Source: a bacterium
GTDB taxonomy: Bacteria > UBA8248
DNA: 64,000 bases
Direction: 5' to 3'
Assembly: GCA_965213685.1 (NCBI GenBank)
Contig: CBDBZY010000031.1
Coordinates: 310,829 to 374,828 of the forward strand
The notes beneath the pieces are model-generated. The model was not told where the DNA came from. It did not search any database and was given only the letters and a program-made list of their open reading frames with translations. A program made the translations under genes and the position numbers. Shown piece by piece: positions 43,707 to 54,615 of this stretch (position 1 is its first letter; each line of letters starts with the position of its first letter).

Positions 43707-44762
43707 ATGAAGCAAATCGACGATCTGCGCAAAACCAATCTGGAAAATCTGCAAACCGCCTTCGAGGCGAGCGATGTGCGCGTGCATGGTTTCCCGACCC
43801 GGCTGATGATCGAGCCGACCAACGTTTGCGATCTGAAATGCCCGTTCTGTCCGACCGGTGCCGGCACCATGGCGCGGGCCAACGGCTTCTTGAGTTTCGA
43901 CAATTTCAAGAAAGCGGTCGACGACCTGTTGCCCTATCTCACCACCGTTGTGACTTGGAACTATGGCGAGCCGTTCTTGAACAAGGATCTGAACCGGATG
44001 TTCCGATATGCCGCGGATCAGGGGCTGGTGACGATTTGCAGCACCAACGGCTTCCCGCTGCATCACCGCTTTCCCGCCGGCATTCAGCCGATTTTGGAGT
44101 CAGGTCTCGACCGGCTGATGATCTCGATCGACGGCGCCAAACCGGAAACCCACGCGCTTTACCGCGTCGGTTCCGAACTGCAACCGGTCCTCAGAGGGCT
44201 CGGTCACCTGATTGAGGAGCGGGAACGGCAGGGTCGCGATAAGCCGCATATCGATATGCAGTTCATCGTCTTTCAGCACAATGAACATGAACTTGATGAT
44301 ATCATTCGTATATCCAAGGATATTGGTGTCGATACCTTGTCGATAAAATCGGCCAATTTGACAATGTCGGATGTCATGGAAACCGATATGGATGCGGCCG
44401 AGGTAATGGCGGCGCTGAAGCAGCGGGCGGCGCAATCGCTGCCGAAAAACAGCAAACATGCGCGCTACGACGAGGATGGCAATATCCTCGATATGCCGGA
44501 AAAAGGCTGCGCCCGGCTTTATGAAATGGTGGTGGTCAATTGGGATGGCTCGGTTTCGCCTTGCTGTTACGATTTCAACAGCACTTTCGATCTCGGCAAC
44601 GCCTTCGAAGACGATCTGGCGAAATTGTGGAACGGCCCCAATTACCAGGACCTTAGAGCCAAAGTCGCAACCTCCCGGCAACTGGTTCCAATGTGTAGCG
44701 TCTGCACCTATGGCGCCGGCAAGGTCCGCGACCGCATGAAGGTCGGTGAAGAGGACTTCTGA
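43707..44762 (+). CDS. Radical SAM/SPASM domain protein
   Basis: CDLKCPFC (CxxxCxxC), YGEPF, STNG, ISIDG, C-terminal C...DGSVSPCC...LGN...CSVC. Confidence 0.92.
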   Translation: MKQIDDLRKTNLENLQTAFEASDVRVHGFPTRLMIEPTNVCDLKCPFCPTGAGTMARANGFLSFDNFKKAVDDLLPYLTTVVTWNYGEPFLNKDLNRMFRYAADQGLVTICSTNGFPLHHRFPAGIQPILESGLDRLMISIDGAKPETHALYRVGSELQPVLRGLGHLIEERERQGRDKPHIDMQFIVFQHNEHELDDIIRISKDIGVDTLSIKSANLTMSDVMETDMDAAEVMAALKQRAAQSLPKNSKHARYDEDGNILDMPEKGCARLYEMVVVNWDGSVSPCCYDFNSTFDLGNAFEDDLAKLWNGPNYQDLRAKVATSRQLVPMCSVCTYGAGKVRDRMKVGEEDF

Positions 44763-44825
44763 CCGTCCACATCGGAAACCGCTGACGCGTTCAATCCAGG
44801 ACCTGCCCTTCGCCGTATCAAAGGC

Positions 44826-46157
44826 ATGAAGTCCGCACGCTTCCATCGCGGTTATCCCGCTGTCTTGGCTTACGGGTTGCCGGCGCTGGCGTTGGCGATG
44901 CCGACGATACCGGTTTTTGTTCTGCTGCCGAGTTTTTATGCTGAGCGCATGGGGCTGGGGCTGGCGGTTGTCGGCGGGGTGCTGCTGGCGGTGCGGTTAT
45001 TGGACATGTTGACCGATCCGCTGATCGGTTGGTTGAGCGACCGGTTGCCGGTCGCCACGGGTCGGCGTAAATGGCCGATCGCGGTCGGTGCGCTGTTGGC
45101 CGGTCCGGGGCTGCTGCAACTCTATGCGCCGCCGGCCGGGATCGGCGCCGGCTATTTGTTCTTATGGGCGACCTTGTTGTTTCTGGGCTGGACCTTGATC
45201 CAGATTCCTTACCTGGCCTGGGCCACTGAACTTGAGCCGCGCTACGGCGCCCGCAACCGCTGGACCGCCAGCCGCGAGGGTTTCGGTTTGCTCGGCATCC
45301 TAGGTGCCGGCGCCTTGATGTATCTGTTGAGCGGCACGGGCGAGGCGGCCCGCCTCGATCTGTTGGCGCAGATCACCGTCGCGGTTGGCGCCGTGACGAT
45401 GACGCTCGCCCTGCTGCGGCTGCCGGACCGCCGCCCGGCGCGGGCCGCTAATCCGTCGGCCTGGCGTGACCTTAAGAACAACCGCCTGTTCCTGCGCCTG
45501 TTGGGGGCGTGGTTTGTCAACGGCCTGGCAAACGGTTTCCCGGCCGTCTGCTTTCCGCTTTATGTGCAATATGTCTTGGGCGCGGAGGAAACCATCCGCA
45601 ACGGCTTCCTGTTGCTTTATTTTCTTTGCGCGGTGGCGGCGATCCCGCTCTGGTTGCCGCTGGCCCGGCGGTTCGGCAAACACCGGACCTGGTGTACCGC
45701 GATGATCATGGCGATTGTCGCCTTCGCCCTCGTGCCGTTTCTGACGGCAGGCGATCTGCTGCTCTATGGCCTGGTCTGCGTCGTAACCGGCGCGGCTTTG
45801 GCCGCCGATCTGGCGTTGCCGCCATCAATGCAGGCCGATCTCGCCGATTGGGACCGCTTGCGCTTCGGTGCCGAACGGACAGGCTTGTTGTTTTCGTTCT
45901 GGAACATGTCGGTGAAGCTGTCGCTGGCCTTGGCGGTCGGGATCGCTTTTCCGCTGCTGGCCTGGGCCGGCCTTGAAGAGGGCACGCCCGGGCCGGGCGC
46001 CATCACGGTTTTGTTGATGATCTATGCGCTACTGCCTCTCGTATTGAAAACACTTGCCGTGGCGATGATGTGGCACTTTCCGATCGGTCGCCGCCAGCAT
46101 CAGGCGATCCGCCGCGGCCTGGTCCGCCGGCAAGCGGCAATGGGGAGAGGGATGTGA
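44826..46157 (+). CDS. MFS transporter (MelB/GPH-like)
   Basis: About 12 TM segments, DMLTDPLIGWLSDR, RRFGK, PSMQAD. Confidence 0.88.
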   Translation: MKSARFHRGYPAVLAYGLPALALAMPTIPVFVLLPSFYAERMGLGLAVVGGVLLAVRLLDMLTDPLIGWLSDRLPVATGRRKWPIAVGALLAGPGLLQLYAPPAGIGAGYLFLWATLLFLGWTLIQIPYLAWATELEPRYGARNRWTASREGFGLLGILGAGALMYLLSGTGEAARLDLLAQITVAVGAVTMTLALLRLPDRRPARAANPSAWRDLKNNRLFLRLLGAWFVNGLANGFPAVCFPLYVQYVLGAEETIRNGFLLLYFLCAVAAIPLWLPLARRFGKHRTWCTAMIMAIVAFALVPFLTAGDLLLYGLVCVVTGAALAADLALPPSMQADLADWDRLRFGAERTGLLFSFWNMSVKLSLALAVGIAFPLLAWAGLEEGTPGPGAITVLLMIYALLPLVLKTLAVAMMWHFPIGRRQHQAIRRGLVRRQAAMGRGM

Positions 46158-46748
46158 AACAGATATTGGGAATGATGGCGCTGGTCGCCTTGCTGACGGG
46201 ATGTAGTGGCATGAAGATTGCGGATTTCGAAGGTCGTGTACCGAAGCTGGACCTGTTCGCCTTTTTTGACGGCCGGGTCGAAGGCTGGGGATTGGTGGAA
46301 GATCGGTTTGGACGCTTGCGCCGGCAGTTTCATGTCGTCATCGACGGCAGCATCGCGGGTGACGAGTTGACCCTTGACGAAGTGTTCCGCTACGCCGACG
46401 GCGACGTCGGTGAACGGCAATGGGGTGATCCGCCGCCTACCCGATGGCCGATACGTGGGCAGGGCAAACGACGTCATCGGCGCGGCGGCCGGTGAAAGCC
46501 GCGGCAATGCCCTCCACTGGACCTATGAAATGGACCTGGAGATTGATGGCGGCACCTGGCGTGTGCAGTTTGACGATTGGCTGTTTCTGCAGGCGAACGG
46601 CGTTATCATCAATCGCGCCCGGATCCGCAAATGGGGTTTCGACCTGGCCGAAGTGAGCTTGTTTATGCAACGCCAAGAAGCGGCCCGGCGCGCCTCCGCC
46701 GCGATTGCCGTTCAGCCGCGCCTGGCAAGTGTCGGCAACAGACGTTGA
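46154..46748 (+). CDS. DUF3833-like lipoprotein with a frameshift at ~46422
   Basis: Lipobox LLTGC, FFDG...GWG...LTLDE, then W.Y...FDDW...INR...KWG in the next frame. The break is in a G run. Confidence 0.75.
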
Positions 46749-46769
46749 AACGCAATCTCGCCTGTCGGT

Positions 46770-47427
46770 TTAAGGCGCGCTGCAGGTAAGGCATAGATAG
46801 TCGATGGTCGAGCCGTCTTTCGCTTGAAAACGCAACTTCACCCAGCGCTTCCGGGCGTCATACCAGGCCGTGGTCTCGAGATCGCCGCGATAGCTGTAAC
46901 GGGTTGCTTGCAGACGGCCGCCCGCGACCTCCACCGCTTCCGGTCCCGCCGCTTCGATGGTCACCTGATTGATGCGGCCGGTCAGGGTATTGAGAACCCG
47001 GTTCGCCGCCAGCACCCCGGCATGCCAGTGGTTGGTCGGGAACAATTGGCCGGTGGCGGTGGCGCTGCCGGCGGGTCCTTCGATGCGCAGCCTCTCCGGC
47101 TTGGCGGCGGGCGGTGATTTGCGCTTTCTCGCCATCATCGTCGATGTCCGCCGTGAGTTGTTGCAAAAGGCCGGCGCGCCAGACCTCCTCCGCCCGGTAC
47201 CTGAAGCGGTAGACCGGGATGGATAAAAAACGGACCGTCAACGACATTTCGGAGGTGACCCGCCAGCCTTCTTCGAGACGTTGAAAGCGGGCCGCATGCT
47301 GGCCGACCGGGGTGCCGTCGCGGCGCACTTCGAATACCAGCCGTTCGCCATAAAGCTGCAAGGGGTCAGGCTCCGCCCAAACCGGCAAAGCAACAAAACA
47401 CCCGATAATCGGCAGCCATCTTCGCAT
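46770..47427 (-). CDS. DUF6134-like exported protein with a frameshift at ~47110
   Basis: Signal peptide, FEVRRDGTPVGQH...YRAEEVW, then LNTLTG...WYD...WVKLRF...DGSTIDY in the other frame. Confidence 0.65.
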
Positions 47428-47460
47428 GGCCCTTATACGGCAAACCGGCCCCTTTGGATG

Positions 47461-47525
47461 CCGCCCCTCCCGCCCCTCCTGGCCCCTCCCGGCCCCTCCC
47501 GGCCCCTCCCGCCCCGCCCGCCCCG
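47461..47525 (+). repeat. Low-complexity tandem GCCCCTCCCG-like repeat
   Basis: About five imperfect 9-10-nt units. G-run-rich on the minus strand. Confidence 0.75.
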
Positions 47526-47557
47526 GCTCGGCAAACCAGCGCCAACGACATCACCAA

Positions 47558-47594
47558 TCTCGTCTCTTTGGGGTCTGACCCCAAAGAGACGAGA
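47558..47594. repeat. Perfect 18-bp inverted repeat with GGGGTCTGACCCC core (REP-like)
   Basis: TCTCGTCTCTTTGGGGTC-T-GACCCCAAAGAGACGAGA. Confidence 0.85.
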
Positions 47595-47633
47595 ATTAAC
47601 GGAATTGACGTTAATGAGGGGGTGGCGCGGGGG

Positions 47634-48916
47634 TTAAAGCCGGGCCAGCGCTTGCTCGAGGTCGGCGATCAGGTCTTCGACCGTCTCAAGACCGATGGAG
47701 AGGCGGATGGTGTCGGCGCCGGCGCCGGCGGCGGCGCGCTGTTCGTCGCTGAGTTGGCGGTGGGGTCGTCGAGGCCGGGTGCAGGATGAGGCTGCGGGTG
47801 TCGCCGATATTCGCCAGATGGGAAAAGATGTTCACGCTTTCGACCACCTTCACCCCGGCTTCGAAGCCGCCCTTGACGCCGAAGGTAAACACCGCGCCGG
47901 CGCCCTTCGGCGTATATTTCCGCGCCAGATCGAAATAGGGATCGCCCGGCAAGCCGGCATAGCTGACCCAAGCGACTTTGTCGTGGGCGGCGAGATATTC
48001 CGCCACTTGTTGGGTATTGCTGCAATGGCGTTCCATTCGCAACGGCAGGGTTTCGATCCCGGTCAGGATCAAATAGGCGTTGAACGGCGATAGCGTCGGG
48101 CCGAGATCGCGCAGCCCGACGGCGCGGGCAAAGGCGGAAACCCGAAATTGCCGAAGGTCTCGTAGAAGCTCAGATCATGATAGGCGGGATTCCGCTCCGC
48201 CAGGCTCGGATACTTACCCGGCACCTTGGCCCAGTCGAAACGCCCGCTTTCGACAACCACGCCGCCCATCGAATTGCCGTGACCACCCAAAAATTTGGTC
48301 GCCGAATGCATGACCAGATCGGCGCCGTGATCGAATGGCCGGCAGAGATAGGGGGAGGCCAGGGTGTTATCGACGATCAGCGGCACATGCGCCTCGTTGG
48401 CGATCGCCGCGATCGCTTCCAGGTCGACCAGCACGCCGCCCGGATTGGCCAGGCTTTCGACCCAGATCGCCTTGGTCTTGTCGTTGAGGGCGGCGCGGAA
48501 ATTTTCCGGCTCGTCCGGATCGACGAAATTGACAGGTCCAGCCCATCTTGCGGAAGGTCTGGCTGAACTGAGTGATCGAGCCGCCATAGAGTTTGCGCGA
48601 GGCGATGAATTCGTCGCCCGGTTCCAACAAGGACATAAAAGATCAACAATTGCGCGGCGTGGCCGGAAGCGGTGGCAACGGCGGCAGTCCCGCCTTCGAG
48701 GGTCGCGACCCGCTCCTCCAGCACCGAAACGGTCGGGTTGGTCAGCCGGGTATAGACGTTGCCGAAGGTCTGCAGATTGAACAGCGAGGCCGCCTCGTTC
48801 ACATCCTCGAAGACATAAGCCGTGGTCTGATAGATCGGCGTTGCCCGGGCGCCGGTGACCGGGTCCGGTGCGGCCCCGGCATGGATCGCCTGGGTTTCAA
48901 AACCATATTCGCTCAT
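47634..48916 (-). CDS. metY: O-acetylhomoserine aminocarboxypropyltransferase with several frameshifts
   Basis: [60 protein letters not shown], spread over four or more frames. Confidence 0.88.
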
Positions 48917-49003
48917 CGGGAGATCTTTCTAATTTTTAGCGTCTTGGGCAAAGTCGTGGTTTTCACCGACCAGCATCTCCATGGACTGTTGCTGAGTATT
49001 CGC

Positions 49004-49094
49004 CGTCATTCCGGCCTTGAGCCGGAATCTTGTGCAACGACCGCAAATATCTTCGACCAGATACGGATCGCGCTATCGCTTGTCCGGTATGACG
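49004..49094. repeat. REP/RPE-like palindromic element
   Basis: Ends CGTCATTCCGG...CCGGTATGACG form an imperfect inverted repeat, with an internal hairpin ATTCCGGCCTTGAGCCGGAAT. Intergenic. Confidence 0.7.
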
Positions 49095-49131
49095 AGTTTT
49101 ATTCGATCGAGCGGACTGTCGCGTCATCTAC

Positions 49132-49657
49132 CTATATCCGTTTGCCGCGGCGCGAGGAGATCACGCCGGTATTGAAGCCCATATAGCCGATCTCGCCCGA
49201 AAGCCGGCCATATTCGATTTTCGGGCAGCGGTTTTCGACTACTTTCAAACCGGCGGCCTCGGCTTTCTCCCGGGCCTCTGAATTGCGGATGGCGAAGCTG
49301 CATCCACAGCACCTTGGCGCCAATCTCGATCGCTTCCTCGGCGATTGGCGGGATCGCCGCCGAATTGCGGAAGCAATCGACCATGTCGACCTTGACCGGA
49401 ATGTCGAGCAACGGAGCTGTAGACGGTTTCGCCCAGGATCTCACCGCCGGCCTCGCGCGGATTGACCGGGATCACCCGATAGCCTTTTTCCTGCAGGTAT
49501 TTCATCGCGAAATTGCTCGGCCGGGTCCAGTTGCTGGAGGCGCCGACCATCGCGATCACCTTGACACTCGCGCAGGATCGTGCGGATGAAGTCTTCCGAA
49601 TAACTTTCCTGATCCAGATGTGGCGGCAGCGGCGGCCGTGGCGGCAGCGTCGTTCAT
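49132..49657 (-). CDS. CoA-binding protein (YccU-like) with frameshifts
   Basis: IAMVGASS...GYRVIPVNP, VDMVDCFR, GAKVLWMQL, NRCPKIE across three or more frames. Confidence 0.8.
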
Positions 49658-50482
49658 TACCGGTCCCGCCAAGTCAGGTTGGCGTTTCTCGATGAAGGCG
49701 CTGATGCCTTCCTCGGCATCGTGGGCCAACATGTTTTCGACCATCACCTTGGCCGCATAGTCATAGGCGCCGGCCAAATCCTGGTCGAGCTGCCGGTAGA
49801 AGGCCTGCTTGCCGATCTTTCAGGGTGTAAGCGAAGACTTGCTGGCGATCTTGGCCGCAAACTCCAGCACCGCGGTGTCGAGCTCGCGCGGCCGGAACAT
49901 GCCGGTTTATCAGACCGAAACGATGGGCATCCGCAGCGCCGATCATTTCCCCGGTCAACAGCATCTCCATCGCATGTTTGCGCGAAACGTTGCGCGACAG
50001 CGCGACCATCGGGGTATGGCAGAACAGACCGATATTGACCCCGGGCGTGCCGAAGCGGGCGTCATCCGTCGCCACCGCCAGATCGCAACTGGCAACCAAC
50101 TGGCAGCCGGCGGCGGTGGCGATCCCATGCACCTTGGCGATCACCGGTTTCGGCGAATAGACCACTTTCATCATCATCTCGCAGCAGAGCTGCATCAGCT
50201 CTTCGCGGGCTTCGCAACAGCTGGCCAGCCCCCGCACCTTCCTTCAGATCGTGACCGGCGCAATAACCGCGACCGTTGCCGCTCATAGATCACCACCCCG
50301 GGCCGCCGGATCGTCAGCAATGGCGTCCAGCGCCGCAATGATGTCGTTCATCAACGGTGTCGACAAGCGCGTTAAAGGCGTCCCGGGCGATTGAGCGTAA
50401 GCTCGACAATCCCGTCGTCCAGATCTTGCCGGAGCAGAATATCCTCGGTTTCAAGCTCGATTTCCGCCGCGTTGCCAGTCAT
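49657..50482 (-). CDS. Enoyl-CoA hydratase/isomerase with frameshifts
   Basis: [51 protein letters not shown] in different frames. Confidence 0.85.
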
Positions 50483-50645
50483 CTAGGTGCCCTTTTTCGA
50501 TTACCCTGGAAAGGATCATCTATAACAGGTCCGAGCATGCGAGGGAAATAATGCCATTTCAAAGCTTTAGTTCTGGTCATCGGAAAAACCTTTATGTTAT
50601 AGAGTGCCGCCCTCGCGCGGCGCTGGCGGCACTAGGGCGGTTCAA

Positions 50646-50731
50646 GCGGGCGTGGCGGAATTGGTAGACGCGTCAGGTTTAGGTCCTGGTGACTTATGGT
50701 CGTGGGGGTTCAAGTCCCTCCGCCCGCACCA
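50646..50731 (+). tRNA. tRNA-Leu(TAG)
   Basis: GCGGGCGTGGCGGAATTGGTAGACGC...loop TTTAGGT, long variable arm, GTTCAAGTCC...CCA. Confidence 0.96.
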
Positions 50732-50792
50732 GAACGAAAGAATATCATCAGCCCGATCCGGTCGGAGCGGCGACAGGTCATCGAGGAAGATC

Positions 50793-52159
50793 ATGCAGGT
50801 AACGGAAACCCTCTCGGAAGGTTTGAAGCGGGAATACAAGATCGTCGTGGGGGCGGACGATATCGAAGGTCGCATGTCGACCCGCCTGAGCGAACTGGCC
50901 AAGGAAGTGAAGATGCCTGGCTTCCGTCCGGGCAAGGTGCCGGTGGGTTTGCTGCGCAAAACCTATGGCAAGCAAGTGCTGGGCGAAATCCTCGAGCAAG
51001 TGGTCAATGAAAGCACCTCGCAGGCACTGCTTGAGCAGGAAGTGCAGCCGGCCTTGCAGCCGAAGATCGAAATCACTCAGTTCGAGGAAGAAAGCGACCT
51101 TGAGTTCAATGTCGAGGTCGAGGTGCTGCCGAAGATCGAGACCATGGACTTTGCCGGCCTCGAGCTTGAACGCCTGGTCGCCGATGTGGCGGACGAGGAA
51201 ATCGACAAACGGGTCGAGCAGATGGCCGAGCAATTCAAGAACTACGAACCGGCGGCCGACGATTATAAGGCGGAACCGGGGACGTCGTGCAAATCGACTT
51301 CAAGGGCAGCATCGACGGCGAAGAATTCGAAGGCGGCGCAGCCGACGATTTCGACCTGCGGCTCGGTTCCGGCCAATTCATCCCCGGTTTCGAAGAGCAG
51401 CTCTATGGCGTCGTCAAGGGCAACGAACGAACGGTCAAAGTTGCCTTTCCAGACGATTACGGCGCCGAGAACCTGGCCGGTAAAGACGCCGAGTTTGCCG
51501 TCAACGTGAAAGAAGTGAAAACGGCTGAAGAGGCTGTGGTCGATGACAGCCTGGCGGAAAAAATGGGGCTCGAAAATCTGCAAGCCCTGAAGGACGCCGT
51601 AAAGGAACAGGCGCAAAACGAATATGGGCAATATTCACGCATGCGCTTGAAACGGGTGCTGCTCGACCAGCTGGATGAGAACCATAAGTTCGAGGTGCCG
51701 CCGGGCATGGTCGATGCCGAGTTCGAGCAGATTTGGGAGCAGCTGGAAAAGGACCTGGAACAGCAGGGGGAAACGATCGAGACTATGGACAAGGGCGAAG
51801 ACGAGGCGCGCGAGGAATATCGCGGTCTGGCCGAACGCCGCGTCCGTCTCGGCCTATTGCTCTCGGAGGTCGGCCGGACCAGCGAGTTGGAGGTTTCCGC
51901 CGAAGAGGTGAACCGGGCGATCCTTGAACAGGCCCGCCAGTTCCCCGGTCAAGAGCAACAAATTTTCGAATTCTTCCAAAGCAATCCGGAGGCGCAAGCG
52001 CAGATCCGCGCGCCGATATTGGAAGACAAGGTGGTCGACTATATCGTCGAAATGGCCAAAGTCACCGACAAGACGGTCAGCCTGGAAGAACTGCTGCGCG
52101 ATCCGGAAGACGAGGGCGAACAGGCGGCTGCCGGCGACGATGCCAAGGCCGACGGCTGA
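50793..52159 (+). CDS. tig: Trigger factor with a frameshift at ~51280
   Basis: MQVTETLSEGLKRE, GFRPGKVP, then IDFKGSIDGEEFEGG...FIPGFEEQL...RRVRLGLLL. Confidence 0.93.
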
Positions 52160-52223
52160 CCTTGTAATCCGGCGGACCGCTTCATAGTTTCAAGTCAACC
52201 TGTGACAACAATTGAGTAATCAG

Positions 52224-52891
52224 ATGAAAGACCCGTTGGACGTATATATGAACACCCTGGTGCCGATGGTGGTCGAACAGACCAACCGCGGCGAACGGGC
52301 CTATGACATCTATTCGCTGTTGTTGAAAGAGCGGATTATCTTTGTCGTCGGACCAGTCCATGACGCCATGGCGAGCTTGATCACCGCGCAGCTGCTCTAT
52401 CTGGAATCGGAAAATCCGAACAAGGACATCTACATGTATATCAATTCGCCGGGCGGTGTCGTCACCTCCGGCATGTCGATGTACGATACCATGCAATACA
52501 TTCGTCCAGACGTCAGTACGCTTTGTGTCGGACAGGCCGCGTCGATGGATCATTGCTGCTGACCGCCGGCGCGGCGGGCAAGCGGTTGGTGCTGCCGAAC
52601 GCCCGGATCATGATCCATCAGCCGAGCGGCGGCTTTCAGGGGCAAGCCTCCGACATCGAAATTCATGCCCGCGAAATTCTCGAGATCCGCGCCCGGCTTA
52701 ATCAGATCTATGCCGACCATACCGGTCAGGCGCTCGACAAGATCGAAACGGCGATGGAGCGGGACAACTTCATGACGGCCGATCAAGCCAAGGAATTCGG
52801 GCTCGTCGACGACGTCGTCACCCATCGCGCCCGAGCAGACGGCGAGGAAAACGGCGATGCTGGCGGGAACGAGATAAATTCCGACGAATAG
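52224..52891 (+). CDS. clpP: ClpP protease proteolytic subunit with a frameshift at ~52547
   Basis: [21 protein letters not shown]|[13 protein letters not shown]. One G is missing in ATGG(G)ATC. Confidence 0.93.
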
Positions 52892-53123
52892 TTGATTTTG
52901 TTGCCGAAATGCCATAGCAAGCAAGTCTGTGGTTGACGGTATTTTGAACGTAGTTCCAGACGATTAACCCTATGTTTACAGGAGTTTTGTCAATCTGTGA
53001 CTATGTCTATGTTATGCTTAGCGAAGGCTTGTTCGATGCAAGCTTCGTCGTTTAATCTGCGGTGAGTCACGGGACGAGGATGGCCGCGTCCCGGCGGCGC
53101 AGTAGCGAGACCTAGGGGTACTT

Positions 53124-54392
53124 ATGACTAAAATCAGTGGTGGTGGCGATTCCAAGAACACCCTTTACTGCTCCTTCTGTGGCAAGAGCCAGCATGAAGT
53201 GCGGAAACTGATCGCCGGCCCGACGGTTTTCATTTGCGACGAATGCGTCGAACTCTGCATGGACATCATTCGCGAGGAGAACAAGTCCTCGCTGGTCAAG
53301 TCTCAGGAAGGGGTGCCGACACCGTCGGAAATCTGCCAAGTCCTGAACGACTATGTCATTGGCCAAGACCATGCCAAGCGGGTGCTCTCGGTGGCGGTGC
53401 ATAATCACTACAAACGCCTCAGCCACGACACCAAGAGCAACGAAGTCGAGATCGCCAAGTCCAACATCCTGTTGGTCGGGCCGACCGGCTGCGGCAAGAC
53501 CTTGCTGGCCCAAACCCTGGCGCGGATCATCGACGTGCCATTTACCATGGCCGATGCGACAACCCTGACGGAAGCCGGCTATGTCGGTGAGGATGTCGAG
53601 AATATTATCCTGAAACTGTTGCAGGCCGCCGACTACAACGTCGAGCGGGCCCAGCGCGGCATCGTCTATATCGATGAAGTGGATAAAATTTCCCGCAAGT
53701 CGGACAATCCCTCGATCACCCGCGACGTCTCTGGCGAAGGGGTGCAGCAGGCGCTGTTGAAAATAATGGAAGGCACGGTTGCCAGCGTCCCGCCGCAAGG
53801 CGGCCGCAAACATCCGCAGCAGGAGTTTCTGCAAGTCGACACCACCAACATCCTATTCATCTGCGGCGGCGCTTTTGCCGGCCTCGAGAGCATTATCAGC
53901 CGGCGTGGCAAGGGCACGGCGATTGGATTCGGCGCCGACGTCCGCTCGGAGGACGACCGGCAGACTGGCGAACTGCTGAAAGAGTTGGAGCCGGAAGATC
54001 TGTTAAAATTCGGCCTGATCCCGGAATTCGTTGGCCGCTTGCCGGTGGTCGCGACCCTGGAGGATCTGGACGAAGACGCCCTGGTTGAAATCCTCACCAC
54101 GCCGAAGAACGCCTTGGTCAAGCAATATCAGCGGCTGTTCGACATGGAAAGCGTTAAGCTGAGCTTCGCCGACGATGCCTTGCGCGCAGTGGCGCGGAAA
54201 GCGATTGCGCGGAAAACCGGTGCCCGCGGCTTGCGGTCGATCTTGGAAGGCAATCTGCTCGACACCATGTATGACCTGCCGACCTTGGAAGGTGTCGAGG
54301 AAATCGTCATCAACGGCGAGGTCATCGAAGGCAACGTGCAACCGCTCTATATCTATGCTGAGCGGCAAGAAGAAGTCAGCAAGCCTGCTTGA
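53124..54392 (+). CDS. clpX: ATP-dependent Clp protease ATP-binding subunit
   Basis: CSFCGK...CDEC Zn finger, [17 protein letters not shown] loop, TGARGLR. Confidence 0.97.
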   Translation: MTKISGGGDSKNTLYCSFCGKSQHEVRKLIAGPTVFICDECVELCMDIIREENKSSLVKSQEGVPTPSEICQVLNDYVIGQDHAKRVLSVAVHNHYKRLSHDTKSNEVEIAKSNILLVGPTGCGKTLLAQTLARIIDVPFTMADATTLTEAGYVGEDVENIILKLLQAADYNVERAQRGIVYIDEVDKISRKSDNPSITRDVSGEGVQQALLKIMEGTVASVPPQGGRKHPQQEFLQVDTTNILFICGGAFAGLESIISRRGKGTAIGFGADVRSEDDRQTGELLKELEPEDLLKFGLIPEFVGRLPVVATLEDLDEDALVEILTTPKNALVKQYQRLFDMESVKLSFADDALRAVARKAIARKTGARGLRSILEGNLLDTMYDLPTLEGVEEIVINGEVIEGNVQPLYIYAERQEEVSKPA

Positions 54393-54615
54393 TACCGGCC
54401 TTCACGGCGTTGTTTGACGCCTGATTCGGGTGTTTATCCGCGCTTTAGCATTGAATTCACCGTGATTTCCGGCGTTTACGCCTTGAAATTCCGCCCAACT
54501 ATCGCCAAATCCTCTCCACACCCTGCCTGTTAAGGTAATTTTCATTGCAAACGCTTTAGAATGCTCGCCAAATAGGGGTTCTTCTTGCGTTGTGCGCAGA
54601 ATATGAAAGTTCGTA

